Source: Massilicoli timonensis
GTDB lineage: Bacteria > Bacillota_I > Bacilli_A > Erysipelotrichales > Erysipelotrichaceae
Length of the DNA: 32,000 nt
Assembly: GCF_900199515.1 (NCBI RefSeq)
Contig: NZ_LT963434.1
Location: forward strand, 843,272 to 875,271
Direction of reading: 5' to 3'
In this document: positions 26,019 through 32,000 of the stretch, piece by piece
Layout: the number at the start of each line of letters is the position of its first letter
Position numbering within the stretch: position 1 is the first letter of the stretch
The notes under the pieces: generated by a model
What the model saw: the letters and a program-made list of their open reading frames with translations, nothing else
Database searches by the model: none
What the model was told of the DNA's origin: nothing
Made by a program: the position numbers and the translations under genes

Positions 26019-27140
26019 ATGAGCGAAAATAAGAAAAACATGAATGATTTTATCTTGGAAGCAAGAGAAGTCGGGCTGGAAAATTTAGGTAAGCGAAAAG
26101 AATTAACTGCATCTTTGGTCGATCTGTATGTGAAAAACAACTATAAAGACGTGACCATCGTTGCCTGCGGTTCTTCCAGCAATGCGTCTAACTGCGCCAA
26201 AGTATTCATGCGTGATGTATTAGATGCGGAAGTAAAGGTCGTATCACCTTTTACCTTTGAACACTATGAAAACAAAGTGAGCGATGATACGATGGTATTC
26301 GTCATCAGTCAGAGCGGTTACAGCACCAATTCGATCTCGGCCTTAGATAAATTAAGAGCGATGGGCAAACAGGCGATCGGCATCACCGGCGATGTCAATT
26401 CCGATATGAAAGACCACTGTGATCTGTTAGTGGACTATGGCGTTGGCGTAGAAACGGTCGGCTATGTAACCAAAGGCGTTGTTACGCTGTGTGAATACCT
26501 GATGCTGTTTGCTTTGGAGGCGGCGTTAAGAACCGGACGTATCAATGAAGAACGCTATCAGTATTTCATCGATCAGATCGAACTGGCATTTACCTGCCAT
26601 AAAGAGATGTATGATGCGACTTTGGCTTTCTATGAAAAGAACAAAAAAGTATTGTTAAGCATGCCGCATGTTTATGTATGCAGCTGCGGTGCGGCAATGG
26701 GCCCGGCACTAGAAGGCGCTTTGAAGATCGGTGAAACGATCCAGATTCCTTCTTTCGCTTATGAGATCGAGGAATATATCCATGGTCCAAACCTACAGCT
26801 GACCCCGAATTATCCGGTATTCTTCATTGACAACCACGATGAGACCAGCAGTCGTATCGCCCAGATCTATGATGCGACAAGCGCTGTCAGCGATAAGACG
26901 TTCATGATTTCCAACAACCGCAAAGGTGATCGCATCATCTCGATCGAACATGCGACTTGCCCAAATGTTGCGCCGTTATATGAAGTCGTACCATTCCAGT
27001 ATCTGGCTTACAAGGTTACGACGGAATTAAAGAAATGGTCCAAACATCCGATGTTTAAGGAATTTGATAAGATCGCTTCCAGCAAGAGCGAAAATTACCG
27101 TACCAACAGTCCGCTTGCCACAAATGAGGACGAACTGTAA
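26019..27140 (+). CDS. Double-SIS-domain protein, GlmS C-terminal/FrlB-like (second copy in the window)
   Basis: 373 aa. Contains VACGSSSNAS, ISQSGYSTNS, GPALEGALKIGE and EEYIHGP. It has the same architecture as the 2030-3106 product but is clearly divergent from it. Confidence 0.75.
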   Translation: MSENKKNMNDFILEAREVGLENLGKRKELTASLVDLYVKNNYKDVTIVACGSSSNASNCAKVFMRDVLDAEVKVVSPFTFEHYENKVSDDTMVFVISQSGYSTNSISALDKLRAMGKQAIGITGDVNSDMKDHCDLLVDYGVGVETVGYVTKGVVTLCEYLMLFALEAALRTGRINEERYQYFIDQIELAFTCHKEMYDATLAFYEKNKKVLLSMPHVYVCSCGAAMGPALEGALKIGETIQIPSFAYEIEEYIHGPNLQLTPNYPVFFIDNHDETSSRIAQIYDATSAVSDKTFMISNNRKGDRIISIEHATCPNVAPLYEVVPFQYLAYKVTTELKKWSKHPMFKEFDKIASSKSENYRTNSPLATNEDEL

Positions 27141-27161
27141 AAAAGAAGCAAAACGAGAAAA

Positions 27162-27186
27162 AGCAGAAAATTCTTCTGCTTTTTTT
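27162..27186 (+). terminator. Intrinsic terminator after the SIS gene
   Basis: AGCAGAA-AATTC-TTCTGCT hairpin followed by a T6 run. Confidence 0.7.
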
Positions 27187-27213
27187 GACAGATACGCCAG
27201 AAACGTGTAAGAT
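27185..27213 (+). promoter_or_regulatory. Putative sigma-A promoter of the GntR pair
   Basis: TTGACA (27185-27190) - 17 nt - TAAGAT (27208-27213). GAGGT lies 5 nt before the ATG at 27235. Confidence 0.55.
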
Positions 27214-27234
27214 ACAGGTAAACCGAGGTATTTT

Positions 27235-27948
27235 ATGAAACGATTGACACAGGATATTATGATCTGCAATGAATTAAAATATATGATTGCGCACCGGCCG
27301 ATCCGCGAAGGGGAAAAGCTGCCCAGTGAACGAGAGCTGGCGCAGCTATTGCATGTGCAGCGGGCGACGATCCGCACCGGATTGAAACTGCTGATGCAGG
27401 AGGGCTGGATCTATTCCCGCAACCGCAGCGGCTACTATGCTTCTAAGCGCCGCATCATTAAAAATGTATCGCGTCTTGCTTCCACGACACAAGTGATGTT
27501 AAAGGAAGGAAAACTGCTGCGGCTTCATGTCGTCTCGATCAAAGAAGTCGCGCTTCCCCTTGACAAACAGGAAAAAATGCAGACAAAGGAAAAAGCGGCT
27601 TATGAGGTAAAGCGGATCCGGGAAATCGAAGGTGAACCGGTTTCCTTAGAAATCTCTTATCTTCCTAAAACGCTGGTACCGGATTTTGAAACACAGCCGT
27701 TTCATGAAAAGTCTTTATATGGCATCTTAGAAGATCATTATCAGTTTTGGCTGGATCGCTCCGCACAATCGATCTTGGTAGAGCGCTGTGATCGGGAAAT
27801 CGCAGATCTGCTTCAAGTGGAGGAAGGCTGCTTCTTAGTAAAACAGGAGGGGGTCGTATATGATCGAAGCGGACAAGCGATCGAATTTGCGCAAAGCTAT
27901 ATGAAGCCGGATCGTTTCATCTATGAAAGCAGTGGTGAAAGCGAATGA
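27235..27948 (+). CDS. GntR-family (HutC subfamily, UTRA effector domain) transcriptional regulator 1
   Basis: 237 aa. The wHTH is GEKLPSERELAQLLHVQRATIRTGLKLLMQEGWIYSRNRSGYY. C-terminal length and pattern are consistent with a UTRA domain. Confidence 0.85.
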   Translation: MKRLTQDIMICNELKYMIAHRPIREGEKLPSERELAQLLHVQRATIRTGLKLLMQEGWIYSRNRSGYYASKRRIIKNVSRLASTTQVMLKEGKLLRLHVVSIKEVALPLDKQEKMQTKEKAAYEVKRIREIEGEPVSLEISYLPKTLVPDFETQPFHEKSLYGILEDHYQFWLDRSAQSILVERCDREIADLLQVEEGCFLVKQEGVVYDRSGQAIEFAQSYMKPDRFIYESSGESE

Positions 27949-28688
27949 ACAAACAGCCGATGTATATGCAGATACAGCAGGATTTGTTGAAAAAGATCAA
28001 TGACGGCACCTTTCTGCCGGGAGAGATGATTCCCAGTGAACGACAACTGGCAGCACAGTATCAGGTAAGCCGTCTGACGGTGCAAAATGCCGTAAACGCT
28101 TTGGTCGAAGCAGGCAAGCTCGTACGCTCCAAAGGCAAAGGCACCTTTGTGATCAAACGTAATTCCGGCAAATTTTCATGGAACAGTCCTAATACGATGG
28201 GACTAAGCGCCATCTTCAAGGAACGCGGGATCCGTAAGAAAGACAAAGTGCTGATCAGTGATGAAATACCGGCATCTCCTTATCTTGCCGATAAATTAAG
28301 TGTACCTCTGCATACGCCGCTTTTCATTTTAACGCGTATTCGTTGTGCAGACGATGATTCTTTTGCCGTGGAATACAGTTATCTGCCGCTGCACTACTTT
28401 CCTGATATTGCGGAATATGACTATGCCCATGTATCGCTTTATGCATACATGCGCAGCCGCGAACATCTCCCGGTTTCTTTTCGACAAAAGCTCATCATCA
28501 TTGCGGCTGACGAAAAACTGGCGAAACAGTTAAGCATCCCGCTAGGTGATCCGCTTTACTACTTTGAATTTACCGGCATAGATGAAGCAGGCAATCTGGT
28601 CGAATATACCGAAAGCTATATTCGTTGTGACAAAACGACTTTTATCTATGAAGCAATGCGCGACAATACGAATGCTTACATGAAATAA
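27945..28688 (+). CDS. GntR-family (HutC subfamily, UTRA domain) transcriptional regulator 2
   Basis: 247 aa. The wHTH is GEMIPSERQLAAQYQVSRLTVQNAVNALVEAGKLVRSKGKGTFV. The start overlaps the stop of regulator 1 (ATGA at 27945-27948). Confidence 0.85.
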   Translation: MNKQPMYMQIQQDLLKKINDGTFLPGEMIPSERQLAAQYQVSRLTVQNAVNALVEAGKLVRSKGKGTFVIKRNSGKFSWNSPNTMGLSAIFKERGIRKKDKVLISDEIPASPYLADKLSVPLHTPLFILTRIRCADDDSFAVEYSYLPLHYFPDIAEYDYAHVSLYAYMRSREHLPVSFRQKLIIIAADEKLAKQLSIPLGDPLYYFEFTGIDEAGNLVEYTESYIRCDKTTFIYEAMRDNTNAYMK

Positions 28689-28709
28689 AAGGGCCAATCA
28701 GCCCTTTTT
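28687..28709. terminator. Bidirectional intrinsic terminator
   Basis: AAGGGC-CAATCA-GCCCTT hairpin followed by a T5 run. It lies between the GntR-2 stop (28688) and the stop of the minus-strand orphan gene (28726). Confidence 0.65.
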
Positions 28710-28725
28710 ATATGGATGCCTCGTC

Positions 28726-30039
28726 TTATCTTTTTATAGCATGCGCATCAATCATTTCTGCCAATTTATCAGCTCGTTTATCCATGCGTGATACAATGTT
28801 GTCTAACATTTTTTCATAATCGCTTTTATTTATTTTATCAAAATTATAATCTAAGGAAGCATTTGTGAACAGTTTTTTTCCATACAAACGTCCATCCTTT
28901 ACACCAAATTCCTCCTCTAATGCCAAGTGTACTTGATTCTCTATTAAAAACGCTTTCCATCTCTCCAATTCCTTTTTATCCGCTTTCGAAACGATCGCTC
29001 CTCTACAATTAGTTTTCACAAGATTACATTCATTTTCATTAAGCGCAAGTTCGATCAATTCCACAAATAAAGATAACTGATCATGCGCTTCATATTTTTT
29101 GTCCTTTATGATGCATTTGCCGATGCCTTTGTACTGATTCATATTTTGTGGCAGCGGCATCATATTAGAAATTGAATAAACTCGTTGTATCAATACATTT
29201 AATTTAGGAAAGGCTTTGGTCAGCTTTTCCCATTCCCCGACAACTTTTTCATCATGCAGTACATAACGATGTACAAATTCCTTTTTTCCTATTTGATCTA
29301 AATTATACTTTTTATCTGCGTAAGGCAATCGCAATCCGATTTTACAGATTCCCCAAAATGACTGCATAATATCATAATAGCCAAAATCATTCCAATTTAA
29401 TAAACGATACAATTCCCAATTATGCTCTCCCGGCTTTTCCAGATCCTTGCTAATCGGATCACAGTGAAAACGGCAGATTTCTTCCATTGGATCATGGCAA
29501 TGATATTTTTGAGGCAGAAGCGACTGTAAAAAGCATGCCTTTAATACTGCTTTTAAGGCGCTGTTTCGCCAATAAGAACGTAATTGAAAGCGCTCCTGGT
29601 CTGTTTTTTCTAAAATTTGACTGTCACACATTTTTTCACTCGCTTCCTGCAAATACTTCCTATTCAATTTATATTTTTCTGCACATTCCGTAATCGAACA
29701 ACTTTCTTCTAACAGCGCAAACAAGATACATCGCCATCCATCTGCCGTTATTTCCCCGATCTTTTCTTCGTTCAACCGCTTCAATATCTGAAACTGTGCT
29801 TGCGTTAGCTTTAACGCATCCTTTATCTTATATTGTTTTCCCTCACACTGAATGAGTCCTTTTTTCAGTAGTTTTCTCAATGCTTTCTCAACTGTCTCTA
29901 TTTTGTAATGTGTTGGCTTCATTAGATCCATAGTAGAAAAATGCGTTCTTTGTGTATGACACACTTCATTTGACAATACCAACAAAATAAAAAACTCCGT
30001 TTTATTGACTCCCAGATGAACAAACTCTTGAAGCTCCAT
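28726..30039 (-). CDS. Orphan protein: two N-terminal winged-helix-like segments plus a ~270-aa C-terminal region with no recognisable family (AT-rich, probably horizontally acquired)
   Basis: I prefer the ATG at 30039 (MELQEFVHLG, 437 aa), 5 nt after GGAAGTGAGG, over the track start at 30078. Segments such as ETVEKALRKLLKKGLIQCEGKQYKI and SITECAEKYKLNRKYLQEASEKM look like wHTH recognition helix plus wing. The C-terminal part contains a Cys/His cluster, YHCHDPMEEICRFHCDP. GC is visibly lower than in the flanks. Confidence 0.6.
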   Translation of the reverse strand: MELQEFVHLGVNKTEFFILLVLSNEVCHTQRTHFSTMDLMKPTHYKIETVEKALRKLLKKGLIQCEGKQYKIKDALKLTQAQFQILKRLNEEKIGEITADGWRCILFALLEESCSITECAEKYKLNRKYLQEASEKMCDSQILEKTDQERFQLRSYWRNSALKAVLKACFLQSLLPQKYHCHDPMEEICRFHCDPISKDLEKPGEHNWELYRLLNWNDFGYYDIMQSFWGICKIGLRLPYADKKYNLDQIGKKEFVHRYVLHDEKVVGEWEKLTKAFPKLNVLIQRVYSISNMMPLPQNMNQYKGIGKCIIKDKKYEAHDQLSLFVELIELALNENECNLVKTNCRGAIVSKADKKELERWKAFLIENQVHLALEEEFGVKDGRLYGKKLFTNASLDYNFDKINKSDYEKMLDNIVSRMDKRADKLAEMIDAHAIKR

Positions 30040-30058
30040 TTTTTCCTCACTTCCTTTT

Positions 30059-30066
30059 CCCCCCCC
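30059..30066 (-). repeat. G8 homopolymer (C8 on the plus strand) in the leader of the orphan gene
   Basis: Read directly from the sequence: ...TATAGGGGGGGGAAAAGGAAGTGAGGAAAAAATG on the minus strand, 20 nt upstream of the ATG. Confidence 0.9.
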
Positions 30067-30077
30067 TATAACAAACA

Positions 30078-30095
30078 AGGCACCTGTCAGTGCCT
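30078..30095 (-). terminator. Weak hairpin/possible attenuating terminator between the HD gene and the orphan gene
   Basis: AGGCAC-TGACAG-GTGCCT (6-bp stem) followed on the minus strand by TTGTTTGTT. The plus-strand version is followed by a T7 run. Confidence 0.35.
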
Positions 30096-30102
30096 CATTT
30101 TT

Positions 30103-31044
30103 TTACTGTTTCTTCGCAATCGCTTCATCTTCCCACTGTTCGATCAAATGATTCGCATCAGCGATGGAAATCGGTTCCAGTTTTTCGATTTCACTGTAAG
30201 GGGTCGTGATTGCCTGCCATTTCATCATACTTTTCTGATAACAGTAGCTTTCCTGTCCATTGCTTTGATAAATGGTGTCTTTTTCCTTGAAATAGGACAC
30301 GAATAACTCTTTATAAATCGTATTCAGCTCCCAGAACATCGCATAATCCTGAAGCGGCGAAAATGCGTCGATCAGCTTGGAAAAATACCAGCAATGGTGC
30401 TGCTTGCCGCGGTTAAAACGATTCCACACCGCCTCGCCCTCCTGTAAATAATTGGCTTTGGTGCTGCGTAAATTGGCGAGCTTATCGGCGCAGGAAATCA
30501 TCAGATTATCCAGCGTAGCCTTCGTTTCCAAATAATTGACATAATTCTGTTTGCGCTCTTCCCATGATTTCCCCTCTTCCTGCGTACAGTCTTCCACCAG
30601 CATCCGCACGCGTTTGCCAAAGCGCTGTTCCAGCTCTTCTTTGCTTGTTCCCGTATCCTCTAATGTATCATGAAGCAGACCGGCGATGATGACATCTTCT
30701 TCAGCGCCCGCATCCGTCAAGATCTGCGCGACCTCAAAAGGATGCACGATATAAGGAATTTTTGTTCCCTTGCGCATTTGTCCTTCATGAGCGACACAGG
30801 CAAACTGGATCGCCTCATGCAGCTTCATATACTGTTTGGTCGGCGGTGCACCGGACGCATCCTCCTTGCGGATCAAATGCAGCGCTTCCGCTTTGCTTAA
30901 TTCTTGAAAATTCTCTTTGAAGCGCAGGATCTCTCCATACAGATTACACTTCTCAAAGCTGTGCGTAACCTTGGAATAAATAAAGGCCCCTTCTCCCTGC
31001 ACCTTGAAGATACTGCCGGATTCACTCAAATAATAGTTTGCCAC
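30103..31044 (-). CDS. RelA/SpoT-type HD-domain hydrolase (small alarmone hydrolase-like) with extra N- and C-terminal domains
   Basis: 313 aa with a GTG start 7 nt after GGAGG. Motifs: AHEGQMRKGTKIPYIVHPFEVAQIL, AGLLHDTLEDTGTS, RFGKRVRMLVEDCT and CADKLANLRS. Together these are the full motif set of the (p)ppGpp-hydrolase HD fold. Confidence 0.8.
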   Translation of the reverse strand: MANYYLSESGSIFKVQGEGAFIYSKVTHSFEKCNLYGEILRFKENFQELSKAEALHLIRKEDASGAPPTKQYMKLHEAIQFACVAHEGQMRKGTKIPYIVHPFEVAQILTDAGAEEDVIIAGLLHDTLEDTGTSKEELEQRFGKRVRMLVEDCTQEEGKSWEERKQNYVNYLETKATLDNLMISCADKLANLRSTKANYLQEGEAVWNRFNRGKQHHCWYFSKLIDAFSPLQDYAMFWELNTIYKELFVSYFKEKDTIYQSNGQESYCYQKSMMKWQAITTPYSEIEKLEPISIADANHLIEQWEDEAIAKKQ

Positions 31045-31062
31045 TGCTTCCCCTCCTTTTTC

Positions 31063-31098
31063 ATAAAAGGAAAGAGAACCGACAGGCTCTCTTCCTTT
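31063..31098 (-). terminator. Intrinsic terminator after the EF-G-like gene
   Basis: The minus strand reads AAGGAAGAGAG-(loop)-CTCTCTTTCCTT (one bulged base) followed by a T-rich TTTTAT. Confidence 0.55.
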
Positions 31099-31107
31099 TC
31101 CTGCTTG

Positions 31108-32000
31108 TTATTCTTCCATTTCCGCTCTTGCCTGCGCGATCACGCGCTCTGCCAGATTGGCAGGCAATGGTTCATAGCGGTCAAACACCTGTGTAAAGGT
31201 ACCGCGTCCCTGCGTCATTGCCCGCAGCTCGATCGGGTACTTCATCATTTCCGCCATCGGCACATGCGCCTGGATCAACTGATAGCCATCCTGCTGATCC
31301 ATGCCGATGATCATGCCGCGGCGCTTATTGAAATCGCCCATGATCGTTCCGGTATATTCATCCGGCACTTTTACGCTTACCTGCATGATCGGTTCTAATA
31401 AAATCGGATTGGCTTTTGCCATCGCGTCCTTAAAAGCCAGACGTGCCGCCATGATAAACGCCATTTCTGATGAATCGACATCATGATATTTACCGTCCGT
31501 AAGCACCGCTTTGATATTCACCACTTTATAACCGGCAAGCGCACCATGTTCCATACATTCTCGCAAGCCTTTCTCCACTGCCGGGAAGTATTGACGCGGT
31601 ACGGCGCCGCCGAATACTTTTTCCTCAAATACCATTTCTTCCTCGTCTTCATTCGGTGAGAAATCAACGAATACATGTCCGAATTGTCCATGACCGCCGG
31701 TCTGTTTCTTATGACGGCCTTCGCCGGTTACCGCTTTGCGGATCGTTTCCCGATACGGCACCTTCGGTTCTTCCAATAATACCTCTGCTTTATATTTGGC
31801 TTTTAACTTCGCCAAGATCACTTCAATATGCTGATCCCCGACACCGTATAATACCATCTGTTTTGTTTCCGGGTTATTGACGACTTTCATCGTCGGATCT
31901 TCTTCACACATCCGCTGTAAGCCGTTGCTCATCTTATCCTCGTCATTTTTCGTCTTCGGTGAGACCGCCATTGCCAGCATCGGTTCACTGAATTTGATCG
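31108..32000 (-). CDS. Elongation factor G-family translational GTPase, C-terminal ~297 aa (5' end beyond right edge); probably an EF-G paralogue
   Basis: The frame is open to the window edge (..IKFSEPMLAMAVSPKTKNDEDKM). Domains III-V carry GGHGQFGHV, VFGGAVPRQYFPAVEKG and PILLEPIM. The genomic context is not the rpsL-rpsG-fusA-tuf operon. Confidence 0.85.
   Translation of the reverse strand, partial: IKFSEPMLAMAVSPKTKNDEDKMSNGLQRMCEEDPTMKVVNNPETKQMVLYGVGDQHIEVILAKLKAKYKAEVLLEEPKVPYRETIRKAVTGEGRHKKQTGGHGQFGHVFVDFSPNEDEEEMVFEEKVFGGAVPRQYFPAVEKGLRECMEHGALAGYKVVNIKAVLTDGKYHDVDSSEMAFIMAARLAFKDAMAKANPILLEPIMQVSVKVPDEYTGTIMGDFNKRRGMIIGMDQQDGYQLIQAHVPMAEMMKYPIELRAMTQGRGTFTQVFDRYEPLPANLAERVIAQARAEMEE

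Noticed and set aside
25904-26140. 78-aa minus-strand ORF in the SIS/SIS intergenic region.
   Set aside because: It overlaps the promoter, RBS and first 40 codons of the well-supported plus-strand SIS gene. It has no RBS and a low-complexity sequence.
28689-30102. The AT-rich block as a prophage remnant, IS element or integrative island.
   Set aside because: I saw no integrase, transposase or recombinase ORF, no inverted or direct terminal repeats, and no tRNA target. Only a single gene is bounded by terminators, so I report it as a compositional anomaly rather than a mobile element.
31108-32000. The EF-G-like gene as a Tet(M)/Tet(O)-type ribosomal protection protein.
   Set aside because: The visible C-terminal domains carry EF-G-type motifs (GGHGQFGHV, GGAVPRQYFPAVEKG). 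The diagnostic N-terminal part lies outside the window, so no resistance call is justified.
1-32000. Search for CRISPR arrays, tRNA/rRNA genes, riboswitch- or T-box-sized leaders and long tandem repeats.
   Set aside because: No intergenic region exceeds ~230 nt. None shows spaced direct repeats, cloverleaf-type structure or conserved riboswitch cores that I can recognise by eye.

Overview
This looks like a chromosomal segment from a low-GC Gram-positive (Bacillota-type) organism. The evidence is GGAGG Shine-Dalgarno sites, LevR/PTS regulation, LCP proteins and YutG/YpwA-like genes. I saw no rRNA, tRNA, CRISPR array, transposase or integrase. Left third (minus strand): a sigma-54/LevR-controlled mannose-family PTS operon (EIIA-B-C-D). 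It continues into a double-SIS deglycase-like gene, a MATE exporter and an Old Yellow Enzyme (OYE) flavoreductase. Middle: two tandem LCP (LytR-CpsA-Psr) paralogues, an orphan 397-aa protein, a lipoprotein and an AlaX-type tRNA-editing protein. These are followed by a SAM methyltransferase, an AAC(3)-family acetyltransferase coupled to a YutG/PgpA-like gene, an M32 carboxypeptidase and a membrane-anchored Ntn (choloylglycine-hydrolase-like) amidase. Right third: an ascorbate-family PTS locus (PRD/EIIA regulator, EIIA, EIIB, EIIC) with two SIS proteins and two overlapping GntR/HutC regulators. Next comes a compositionally foreign (AT-rich, GATC-poor) orphan gene encoding tandem wHTH segments plus an unassigned domain. 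It lies directly downstream of a RelA/SpoT-type HD (small-alarmone-hydrolase-like) gene and an EF-G paralogue. The orphan/HD pair is my best candidate for something undescribed. The two sugar-amine-type PTS loci and a strong GATC over-representation also merit follow-up. All functional calls rest on motif recognition by eye and no database search was run.
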